54,342 nt of DNA from Minisyncoccota bacterium (lineage in GTDB: Bacteria > Patescibacteriota > Minisyncoccia > Phycocordibacterales > Phycocordibacteraceae), in contig JBAYUT010000001.1 of assembly GCA_041674945.1 (NCBI GenBank), forward strand, positions 1-54,342, given 5' to 3'. Below the pieces are notes generated by a model. The model saw only the letters and a program-made list of their open reading frames with translations, did no database searches and had not been told where the DNA came from. Position 1 is the stretch's first letter. Every line of letters starts with the position of its first letter. A program made the translations under genes and the position numbers. This document shows, piece after piece, positions 46,084-54,342 of this stretch.

Positions 46084-49000
46084 TTAGGCCCTTTTCAAAA
46101 TAGTTACCACCCCCCTGTCAGCATCAACCTCAATGAGATCGCCGTCCTTGAGGACTTTGGATCCAATGCTCGTGCCAACGATGCATGGGATATTGAGCTC
46201 TCGTGAGACAATTGCAGCGTGCGACATAAGGCCTCCCATATCAGTAACGATAGCTCCCGCTTTTTTGCACGCAAACAACAGCTCGGGAGCCGTTGTCTCT
46301 GCAACTAATATGTCTCCTTGGCTCATAGCTTCAATCGTGGCCCGGACGTCAGACAGGGTGCTGTAGTCGACAAGAACCGTTCTTACCTTTCCCCTTGCCT
46401 TTCCCTTGTTTGCAGTCTGCCCAACAACTTCACCGGCACTAACAGCAACCCGCTCTTCGAAGAGAGCCACCGTCTCTTGTGCTTCCTGACCGTCGAGCGG
46501 CAATTCCTCATTGTAAAAAACAACAAAAGCGCCTGTCTGACGCGACACTATTTGCCCGCCTACGCTCTGCCCTGCAAATAGACCGAGCAACTCTCGCTGT
46601 GTAAGGTTTGCAAAAACGTTTGCCGGCAGGGCAAATTGTCCGGACAAAATCGCTGAAATGCTACTGACATATCCCCGCTCGTCAAAGAAAACTTCATTCA
46701 TAAATGCGCGCACTTCGTCCTTAAAGCTAGTAACAACCTCCAAGTTTTTGGCTATCACTGGGTCGCTGTCTTGTTGAAGAAAAGCCTTGTTAGTATACTC
46801 ATAGTTCATCTTATTGTATTCACCGAACAGTGTCGTGCTGTATGCAAGAAAAGTTTTGATGGATTCTACAGAAAGAGAATCAGCGTCTCGTATCACTGTA
46901 TCAAAAAAGTTTTGAAACGTGCAGCAATGAGCGCGGAGTCCGATTTGATACTCCGTTGGAGCATTCTCATCTGCATAGAACGCTAGGCCCTCATTTAAGA
47001 CTTCTGTATAAGCGCTCTTCTTAAAGTATTGCTTGAAAAGTCCGTGATCTAGCATGCATAGCGCTTCGAGTCGCGCGTATGCTCTCGTATTGATATCAAC
47101 AACCAGAGGACTCACACCGCGAGCCCAAAAAGTAAGAATGTAGTCCTCCTTATTAAGGGCAACTTCCTCTTTATTCATCGTTTTCAAGATCCTCACAATC
47201 CCATTATCGGCATCAACCTCAACGAGATCGCCTGTCTGCAGGCGTTCAGAGGCGTTCTTGGTACCTACAACGCACGGGAGGCCAAGTTCACGCGAGGTAA
47301 TTGCGGCGTGCGAAAGAAGACCACCAATGTCAGTAACCACGGCCGAGGCCTTATAAAAAGCCGGCATGAGCTCTGGTGCGGTGGTTTGCGACACGAGTAC
47401 GTCACCCGATTCCATCGCCGCCATATCAGCAGCCATCCTCTCGAGGTTTGCGTAGTCGGTTTTTATAAGACACACTTTCCCTCGAACAATCTGCCCCGTC
47501 GCGTGCCCGGTAATACCAGTAATAACATCTTCGGCGCCCTTATTTTCATAAAGTCGTTTGAGAAGCTCGATGACTGGTGTACCAGTCACAAACGAGAGCT
47601 GCTTGCCACGACCTTCCTTAATAAAGCCGTAGCCCTGCTTTCTCTCCTCTTGTGCTTGCGGTGGCAGAGTCGCGTGCCCATCAAGCAAAGCAAGGATTTC
47701 CTCATTGCGATGCCAATCAAGATTTCCCTTGACTACGCCTAACTGCCGCTCGATATCCCGCAGCATCGTTGGGTATACCAAGCAACCAGTAAAAAATGTG
47801 TCGTTTGCGTGTTCTCTCGCAATGTTCTTCCAGGTGCCCACCTTCTGAGTAACTTCGGCACTTGCACGCAGAGAAAGTGTGTCGAGATACGCATTATTAA
47901 AGTAGCCAAAGTGCGCGCATAGGTGGGCGATAGTATCTAGCGCCTCTTGATAATCTTTCCTTGTCGCTCTCGCGGCAATCGCTTCTCCAAGCACCGACAA
48001 TCGACTGCAGGCCTCCGCAACTTCGCCTGCTGCAGTTTCTAGAATACTGACGAAGTCGTCCTCAGACGCTCTTTGCGACATCTGCCGTTCGTCCTGCAGG
48101 CTATAGAACGAGTAATAATCGCCCGCGCCATCAACGAGAGCTAGCACCTTACTGGGGTCATAGTGTGCAGTGATAAGCTCAACAAACGGTAGGCTGTATC
48201 CGCCAACTTTAAAGTTTAGGTAGTAGTCATCCGCGTCAATTTTCGGCGTGCGACCACTACGATCGGTCGGAGCGCCGAGGGTCGTAATAGGCCTGCTCTG
48301 CGTTATGTAGAAGCCGCCATTTTCATACGCCCACTCAATGTCACACGGGAATCCATAGAGCCTTTCTATTCGCATAACAATGTCGGCAAGCCTGAGGATC
48401 TGATCCGTCGACAAAACCCGCGAGGAGGACTTAGGTTCTGTGATTGTCCTCCAGGTGTTCCCTGCCCCGCCTTCAGTACGATGGAGCGCTCGAGTCTGCG
48501 TATTAATACACACCTCGACTATTCGTCGTGGCACCTTTTCTACGACATAACTGTCTGGAGTAACGGCTCCCGAGACAATTGCTTCGCCCAAGCCGTAGCC
48601 CGCTTCAACAATGAGTTGATTCGAATCTTCTGTCACAGGATGCACTGAGAATGCAATACCAGACGTCTCGCTCTCAACCATTTTCTGCACCACTACTGCC
48701 ACACCAATCTTTTGCGTTTGCAGTCCCTTTTCAAACCGATAGAAGATGGCCCGCGGTGTAAAAAGTGAGGCCCAGCAGCGCTGCACATTCTGAAGCAATG
48801 TTGCTTCAGTTGTATTGAGAAAAGTATCGAGCTGGCCAGCCCACGCTGCCGTCACTGAGTCTTCTGCCGTGGCGCTAGACCGTACTGCGACGTATGGCGC
48901 ATCCAACTCCTCAAACTGTTTCATAATCTGCGACACGATGTCCGCGGGCATTGCTGCCGCAAGCACGAGAGCCTGAATCTTTTCAGATGCTTGCTCGATT

Positions 49001-49218
49001 GTATGCATCGCGTTTGGGTCAACAGAGTCGAGAGAGGCGTCGATCTCTGCGCGCAGCTTCGTCTCCTCTAAAAATAGCTCGAAGGCGTCCGCCAACACCA
49101 CATAGCCATTCGGCACGGGAATCCCCGCCCGCATCATCTCGCCTAACGAGGCACCCTTACCTCCTGCCAATGCCGTGTCTTTTTTTGATATCTCTGAAAA
49201 ACGTCTAACAAAATCCAT
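46084..49218 (-). CDS. PEP-utilising enzyme (PPDK_N ATP-grasp) with two phosphohistidine swivel domains and no TIM-barrel
   Basis: N-terminal GGKGASLGEM...ITQSRPITT ATP-grasp domain. Two mobile domains, TDIGGLLSHAAITSRELGLPCVVGT and TDMGGLMSHAAIVSRELNIPCIVGT. The ATG at 49218 is preferred. Confidence 0.85.
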   Translation of the reverse strand: MDFVRRFSEISKKDTALAGGKGASLGEMMRAGIPVPNGYVVLADAFELFLEETKLRAEIDASLDSVDPNAMHTIEQASEKIQALVLAAAMPADIVSQIMKQFEELDAPYVAVRSSATAEDSVTAAWAGQLDTFLNTTEATLLQNVQRCWASLFTPRAIFYRFEKGLQTQKIGVAVVVQKMVESETSGIAFSVHPVTEDSNQLIVEAGYGLGEAIVSGAVTPDSYVVEKVPRRIVEVCINTQTRALHRTEGGAGNTWRTITEPKSSSRVLSTDQILRLADIVMRIERLYGFPCDIEWAYENGGFYITQSRPITTLGAPTDRSGRTPKIDADDYYLNFKVGGYSLPFVELITAHYDPSKVLALVDGAGDYYSFYSLQDERQMSQRASEDDFVSILETAAGEVAEACSRLSVLGEAIAARATRKDYQEALDTIAHLCAHFGYFNNAYLDTLSLRASAEVTQKVGTWKNIAREHANDTFFTGCLVYPTMLRDIERQLGVVKGNLDWHRNEEILALLDGHATLPPQAQEERKQGYGFIKEGRGKQLSFVTGTPVIELLKRLYENKGAEDVITGITGHATGQIVRGKVCLIKTDYANLERMAADMAAMESGDVLVSQTTAPELMPAFYKASAVVTDIGGLLSHAAITSRELGLPCVVGTKNASERLQTGDLVEVDADNGIVRILKTMNKEEVALNKEDYILTFWARGVSPLVVDINTRAYARLEALCMLDHGLFKQYFKKSAYTEVLNEGLAFYADENAPTEYQIGLRAHCCTFQNFFDTVIRDADSLSVESIKTFLAYSTTLFGEYNKMNYEYTNKAFLQQDSDPVIAKNLEVVTSFKDEVRAFMNEVFFDERGYVSSISAILSGQFALPANVFANLTQRELLGLFAGQSVGGQIVSRQTGAFVVFYNEELPLDGQEAQETVALFEERVAVSAGEVVGQTANKGKARGKVRTVLVDYSTLSDVRATIEAMSQGDILVAETTAPELLFACKKAGAIVTDMGGLMSHAAIVSRELNIPCIVGTSIGSKVLKDGDLIEVDADRGVVTILKRA

Positions 49219-49393
49219 ATGAAGACTGTCACTTAGCGGGAGACTCAATGACCACTTCGCCGCCAAAGGACTTGTCAGTTACCGTACAAATGGCCGAGAA
49301 CGGCAGAGTAATTGTTGTGCCCGAAATCGTAAACGGTATGGAAAGCGTTGTAAGCATGTCTATAAATTATACTACATTCATGAGTAAATACAA

Positions 49394-50737
49394 CTAAAGA
49401 TACGACAACGGGTTCAGGTAGGCCGTCAGGGTGGCCACCGGCATGCTCGCACTGGCGCATGGGCTTGTGGCGCCGCGGTACTGCTGTAGAGTCTGAATCT
49501 TCGTACCCTCGGTGGCGTACACCCCGAAGTGAAGGTGCGGGCCCGTGGCGTAGCCGGTCATGCCCGAGAGCCCTATCACCTGCCCCGCCCCCACCTGTTG
49601 CCCGCGCGTAACGTCTATTGTGGAGAGGTGCGAGTAGAGCGTATTGAGACCGTTGTTGTGCTGGATCATTACCCACTTACCAAAGGAGTAGCAGCCGCGC
49701 ACCAGGTCGGTGTTGCCCGTGCCGAGCACCGTACCTGCGGCAGCCGCGAGCAGTGGCGTACCGATAGGCGCCCCCACATCGATAGCATTGTGACCGCGGC
49801 CATTGTAGACCTGCGCATTAGCCGTCGAGAACGGCGTGTTGCCAAAGTATTGGGTGATACAGAAGTTATTGCCGAACACCTTGCTCCTGCCTGCACAGTT
49901 GTTCATAAAGGCGGCTGAGAACGGCCACGAGAGTACACCTGAGCCAACTTTCGGCAATGAGCCCGGATTCACAATGAGGTTAAGCTGACTCTGCAGGCTC
50001 ACCAGCTGCTGCTCAAACGCTTTCTCCGCTGCCTGCTTTTGCTTAATCAAGTTCTGGTAGTTTGATTCCTGGTTCTTGGTTTGCGCAAGGAGCTGGCTCT
50101 GGGTGGCCTTGCTCGCATCTACCGAGCGCTTTTGGAGGGCAAGATCTTTTTGGAGGGAGACGAGCTTCGCCTTCTCGGCATTTACTTGGTCGCGGTTTGT
50201 CGACAGGGTGATGCGTGCCGATTGCAAGTCGGCAATGTTGTCTTTAAGTGCACGATTAAACTGGATTGCCGCATCAGCGGCCTTCCATGCGTCACTAAAA
50301 GAGTCCGTGGAAAAAAGTTGTTCGAGGAGCGACTCCTGTTCACCCTGGTCGACACTACGGAGCGCCTTGGCGATAGACGCTTGGTGCCCAAGGATTGCCG
50401 TTTCCTTGTCCCCTATCGACAGCGAGAGCTGTTGTATCTGCTTGTTCGCCCACGCAATGTTGTTTTGCGTCACGGCAATCTTCGACGCAAGCTGTTTCTG
50501 AGAGAGCGTGAGCTGATTGATGGTGGACTGCAGCGTGCTCTTCTGCGAGCCGAGCGAGTCGAGCTGTTTCTGATACGCCGCAATGTCTGCCTCGAGCGTC
50601 GCTATCTGATTATTGTGAGCATCTATCTGCGCCTTAATCTCCGACGCTGCGTCGGCCATGACCGTACGCGGCGCTAACAAGAACCCACTCAATGCACACG
50701 CGAGCAAGAGGAGCAGCAGACGGTGACGAATCATCAA
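49394..50737 (-). CDS. M23 family peptidoglycan metalloendopeptidase with an N-terminal coiled coil (EnvC-like)
   Basis: Signal/anchor sequence, long Q/L-rich coiled coil, and a C-terminal HNAIDVGAP...GPHLHFGVY LytM domain. Confidence 0.9.
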   Translation of the reverse strand: MMIRHRLLLLLLACALSGFLLAPRTVMADAASEIKAQIDAHNNQIATLEADIAAYQKQLDSLGSQKSTLQSTINQLTLSQKQLASKIAVTQNNIAWANKQIQQLSLSIGDKETAILGHQASIAKALRSVDQGEQESLLEQLFSTDSFSDAWKAADAAIQFNRALKDNIADLQSARITLSTNRDQVNAEKAKLVSLQKDLALQKRSVDASKATQSQLLAQTKNQESNYQNLIKQKQAAEKAFEQQLVSLQSQLNLIVNPGSLPKVGSGVLSWPFSAAFMNNCAGRSKVFGNNFCITQYFGNTPFSTANAQVYNGRGHNAIDVGAPIGTPLLAAAAGTVLGTGNTDLVRGCYSFGKWVMIQHNNGLNTLYSHLSTIDVTRGQQVGAGQVIGLSGMTGYATGPHLHFGVYATEGTKIQTLQQYRGATSPCASASMPVATLTAYLNPLSYL

Positions 50738-52068
50738 CTCAGTATAGCAATAGCTTTTTGTATGCGAGACACAGCTTCCTCCCTACCGAGTATTGAAATA
50801 AGGGTGAAGGGGTCGGGTGAACGCTCCTGCCCCGAGAGCGCATAGCGTAGGGGCCAGAGGACCCCTCCCCTGCCCCCTTTGCCCTTTGCCTCCTCAGCAT
50901 CGGCTAGGGGCATAAGCGTATCCTTGACCGCCTCGGCTGAGACGCCGTCTGGGAGGGCCTTTACAGCCTCGAGGACGCCTTCTAGAGCTGTTTTAGTAAG
51001 TCCTGTGCGGTCTGCTGGCTCCTTAGCCACAAGCGCCTTTTGGTCGAGAGCCGGGACTATAAAGAGGCAGGAGAGCTCCCCTGCGAGCATTTCGCGTGCC
51101 TCAGTAAACGTATGGGCGCGCTCCTTCAATAGCGGCACGGCCTTAAGGAGTTTTGCATTATCGAGCCCGGTCAGCTGTCCGCGCTCTATGAACTCCTGGT
51201 CCGAGAGTTTTCGCATCCAGTGCTGATTGACTGAGAGGAGCTTAACTTCGTCAAAAATGGCACTCCCCTTCTGCACGCGAGAAAGGTCAAAAGCGTCCAC
51301 TAACTCTTCTCGCGAAAGATACTCCCGATCGTCTCCAGGGTTCCAGCCAAGCAGAGCTAGGTAGTTCAGCATCGCTTCAGGTAGAATGCCCATGTCTCTG
51401 TAGTGAGTCAGGGCCTTTGCTCCCTTACGCTTGGACATTTTAGTGCGGTCGCTTCCAAGAATAAGCGGCAAGTGTGCGTAGACGGGCACCGAATATCCTA
51501 AAGCCTGTTGAATCAGAATCTGACGTGGTGTGTTGGATATATGATCCTCACCACGAACGACATGGGTAACGCCAGCGTCGCCGTCGTCGACAATAACCGC
51601 AAAATGGAAAAGAGGATCGTCTACTGCGCGAGCCACTACGAAGTCGCCATGCTCTGTTGTATCAAATGTTATGTCGCCGCGTATCTCATCATGAAAGGTT
51701 ACGGTTGTCCCAGGATTGCGAAATCGCACCACGTCCACCATTTGGTCTGCATCATCCTTCTTTGGCTCGTGTGACACATATGCAAAGTCCTCAGCGATAA
51801 GCTTAGTCAGCATCTCCTTATGTCGGTCGATCCGATCGCTCGAGCGAGATATCTCCCTGTCTGACTGAAAATCAAGCCACTGCAGCGTCTCAAAGATGTT
51901 ATCCTCGTACTCTACCTTCGAGCGTGCTCTGTCAGTGTCTTCTATCCTCACGAGAAATTCTCCATCATGTTTCTTGGCAAAAAGGTATGCAAAAACAGCC
52001 GTGCGGTAGTTACCAGAGTGAAGTAGGCCCGTGGGCGAAGGCGCAAAGCGTGTGACGACCTTACTCAT
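50734..52068 (-). CDS. gltX: glutamate--tRNA ligase
   Basis: RFAPSPTGLLHSGNYRTA (HIGH) and KMSKRKG (KMSKS). The ATG at 52068 is preferred and overlaps the murG stop by 8 nt. Confidence 0.93.
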   Translation of the reverse strand: MSKVVTRFAPSPTGLLHSGNYRTAVFAYLFAKKHDGEFLVRIEDTDRARSKVEYEDNIFETLQWLDFQSDREISRSSDRIDRHKEMLTKLIAEDFAYVSHEPKKDDADQMVDVVRFRNPGTTVTFHDEIRGDITFDTTEHGDFVVARAVDDPLFHFAVIVDDGDAGVTHVVRGEDHISNTPRQILIQQALGYSVPVYAHLPLILGSDRTKMSKRKGAKALTHYRDMGILPEAMLNYLALLGWNPGDDREYLSREELVDAFDLSRVQKGSAIFDEVKLLSVNQHWMRKLSDQEFIERGQLTGLDNAKLLKAVPLLKERAHTFTEAREMLAGELSCLFIVPALDQKALVAKEPADRTGLTKTALEGVLEAVKALPDGVSAEAVKDTLMPLADAEEAKGKGGRGGVLWPLRYALSGQERSPDPFTLISILGREEAVSRIQKAIAILS

Positions 52069-53203
52069 ATTCGTGTGAGAGCGCGATGCCAAGCACGGTG
52101 CCGGCGAGTATGCGCGCCGCATCTGGGTCGGTAAAGCCTGCGGCAGAGGCACTCATCCTTGTCGCGACCTCTTTGTCTTTAATAATGCGCTCTATCTCTG
52201 AGGCGAGGAGGTGCGGCGTAAGGTTCCCCTCTTCTATCACCACTGCCGCACCGGTACGCGCGTAGGCGTAGGCATTGCCATGCTGGTCATGGCTCACCGA
52301 TTCTGGGATAGGTATCAATATTGCCGGCTTCTTCCAGGTAGATATCTCCGCGATAGTGCCGGTGCCCGCGCGCGAGACTATCACGTCGGCAATGCCCGCG
52401 GCTCGCTGTAGAGAGATCTGTGAGAGATAGCCAAACGCGTGGTAGCGGCTGGCGTGAGGGTCTTTGTCTAAGATTACCTGCGCGATCGCCTCGCAGCTCT
52501 TCAGATTGTTCTCACCGGTCTGGTGGATGACGTTCGCGAGAGCAACAAGCGCTGGCAGCGCAGTGATAACGGTCTCATTAATCTTTTGTGACCCTTGTGA
52601 CCCTCCCGTGATATATACCGTCGGTAGGCCCTGCTCGAGCTTCAAGTATTCTCGCGCTCCCTCGGGCTCTACGCGCATGAGCGCCTTGCGTATCGGCGTG
52701 CCCGTGCGAGCGATGTTGCCCTGTACCTTTTTTGGAAAGAAGGCCGCAGCACTTTCATATGAAATGGCAATCTTCGCCGCAAACGTAGCGGCAAAGAGGC
52801 TCGCGCGGCCCGGCTTCGAATCTGACTCATGGATAACGACCGGTATCCGCAAGAGGCGTGCCGCCATGAGCGTAGGGATACTACCGTACCCGCCCTTGCT
52901 CACCACCACGTCGGGATACAAGCGAAAGAGCATCGCCAGAGCGCTGAGCGTACCCGCGAGCGTCACAAAGAGATCGCTGTAGTTGCGCAGTGAAAAATAG
53001 CGACGCCACTTCCCTGCCGGTACGCGGATGAACACGATGCCGTTCTCAAAAAGAGCTTCCTTGTCATAGGCGTCCGGCCCCATGAAGTAGAGCTGGGGCT
53101 CAATGAGACGGCGCTCGCGTACCAGATCAGTCATCGCCTCAGCGATCGCGATAATCGGGTAGAAGTGCCCCCCTGTCCCCCCGCCAGTAAATACAATCTT
53201 CAT
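52061..53203 (-). CDS. murG: UDP-N-acetylglucosamine--N-acetylmuramyl-(pentapeptide) pyrophosphoryl-undecaprenol GlcNAc transferase
   Basis: MKIVFTGGGTGGHFYP N-terminus and a C-terminal GT28 domain. Confidence 0.93.
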   Translation of the reverse strand: MKIVFTGGGTGGHFYPIIAIAEAMTDLVRERRLIEPQLYFMGPDAYDKEALFENGIVFIRVPAGKWRRYFSLRNYSDLFVTLAGTLSALAMLFRLYPDVVVSKGGYGSIPTLMAARLLRIPVVIHESDSKPGRASLFAATFAAKIAISYESAAAFFPKKVQGNIARTGTPIRKALMRVEPEGAREYLKLEQGLPTVYITGGSQGSQKINETVITALPALVALANVIHQTGENNLKSCEAIAQVILDKDPHASRYHAFGYLSQISLQRAAGIADVIVSRAGTGTIAEISTWKKPAILIPIPESVSHDQHGNAYAYARTGAAVVIEEGNLTPHLLASEIERIIKDKEVATRMSASAAGFTDPDAARILAGTVLGIALSHEYE

Positions 53204-53231
53204 AGGACTAAGGATATCAGAAGATGACCCT

Positions 53232-54329
53232 TTAAGCCTTTTTGTGGCCGGCCACATTCAAGATTAAGCCACACATGAGCAAGACCGCCATGAGGGCGGT
53301 GCCCCCGTGCGAGACAAAAGGGAGCGGCAGACCCGTAAGAGGGATGATGCCGAGCATGGCAGAGATATTGATAAACACTTGCGTCATGATGAGTGCAGAA
53401 AAGCCAAGAGCTACCAGCCCGCCGAACAAGTCACGTGAGCCGCCCGCAATCACCATACCCCGCGCAACCAGAGCCACCAGAAGGAGCAAGAGCAGTGATG
53501 CCCCAATAAAGCCTGTCTCCTCAGCGTAGACGGCGAAGACCGAGTCGCCCGCTGGCTCGGGCAGATAGTTAAACTTCTCCACGCTCTGGCCAAAGCCGCG
53601 CCCAGCGAGCCCGCCGGAGCCAATAGCGATCATTGACTGCTGTATCTGGTAGCCACTCCCTAATGAGTCATGCGTGGGGTTAACAAAGGTCTTGATGCGG
53701 TCGAGGACATACGGACGGAGCATAACAATAACCAGGAGCGCCACAATCGTGCCCGAAATGAGGATAGCGAAGTCGCGCCACGGAGCCCCTGCGACAAAGT
53801 ACATAATCCCCGCCGTAACCAGGATCAGCATCGTGGTCGAGGTGTTCGGCTGTGCGAGCAGGAGCGCAGCGGGTAGCGCGAGGAATCCAAGGAACGGGAG
53901 TATGCCTTGCTTTGGATCCCGTAGCTCGCGAGCACGTGGCGCAAGCCACCACGCGAGCACCAGCACTACGCCAATCTTCAAAAACTCGGCCGGCTGTACG
54001 GTCGTAAAGCCGAGATTAATCCATCGAGTCGCGCCTCCCGCGCGAAACCCAATCCCCGGGATGAACACGAGAGCCGTAAGGAGCAGTGTGGCGCCGTACA
54101 CATACGGAGCCCCCCTCTTCAACCAGCCAAGTGGTATGGCTCGGGCAAGAAAGAGCACCACGAAGCCCAGCCCCAAACCAAGACCCGCCTGCAGGAAAAT
54201 GTCCTTTGAGACTGAGCTACTCTCGCGCGCAAGCATACCAAGCGCGGCCGAGGAGAAGATGGCAAGGCCCGCAAAGGCGGTCGCAAGCACAAGGAAAAAG
54301 AATATCTTATCACCCGATGCGTACTTCAT
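53232..54329 (-). CDS. ftsW: FtsW/RodA/SpoVE family peptidoglycan glycosyltransferase
   Basis: 365-aa polytopic SEDS protein (GDSVFAVYAEETGFIGA, PLPFVSHGGTAL) upstream of murG. Confidence 0.9.
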   Translation of the reverse strand: MKYASGDKIFFFLVLATAFAGLAIFSSAALGMLARESSSVSKDIFLQAGLGLGLGFVVLFLARAIPLGWLKRGAPYVYGATLLLTALVFIPGIGFRAGGATRWINLGFTTVQPAEFLKIGVVLVLAWWLAPRARELRDPKQGILPFLGFLALPAALLLAQPNTSTTMLILVTAGIMYFVAGAPWRDFAILISGTIVALLVIVMLRPYVLDRIKTFVNPTHDSLGSGYQIQQSMIAIGSGGLAGRGFGQSVEKFNYLPEPAGDSVFAVYAEETGFIGASLLLLLLVALVARGMVIAGGSRDLFGGLVALGFSALIMTQVFINISAMLGIIPLTGLPLPFVSHGGTALMAVLLMCGLILNVAGHKKA

Positions 54330-54342
54330 TTTAGCAGCGCTA

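Overview
This 54.3-kb window looks like a compact, fairly GC-rich bacterial chromosome segment. Assignment to a small-genome Patescibacteria/CPR-like lineage is inference only. It rests on a class I LysRS, very short ATP synthase delta and epsilon subunits, a split dcw cluster and many orphan genes.

Core content: the complete F1Fo ATP synthase operon (atpBEFHAGDC), gpmA-eno, greA and class I lysK. The dcw genes occur in two blocks, mraZ-rsmH-ftsL-ftsI-murF and ftsW-murG. Also present are rmuC, rplU, a DEAD-box helicase, recR-dnaB-cysS, a Ctp protease, rplI, rpmA, a LOG-family protein, gltX and an M23 peptidase. There are four clear tRNAs: Ala-UGC (partial), Val-CAC, Ala-GGC and Glu-CUC.

Small accessory insertions sit between these blocks, and none has an integrase in the window:
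- A roughly 5-kb island beside tRNA-Glu carries five orphan genes, each with its own promoter and terminator. A 17-bp direct repeat of the tRNA 3' end lies 3 kb inside it. A three-copy repeat family in the island carries a short + strand reading frame conserved mainly through synonymous changes.
- A 1.05-kb single-gene insertion (a pol-beta-like nucleotidyltransferase) is flanked by two roughly 83%-identical copies of the recR 3' coding end.
- An AT-rich island beside tRNA-Ala(GGC) carries a ParB/Srx-like gene.
- A degenerate tRNA-Pro-like sequence lies after tRNA-Val, with its 3' end repeated 156 bp downstream.

Other points of interest: a protein with a beta/CsoSCA-like carbonic anhydrase metal-site pattern next to a SulP transporter, a PEP-utilising enzyme with an internally duplicated phosphohistidine module, two tandem histidine-phosphatase-like paralogues lacking the catalytic His, and a 7 x 21-bp in-frame repeat in a DUF1003-like gene. 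No CRISPR array, rRNA, transposase or integrase was seen.
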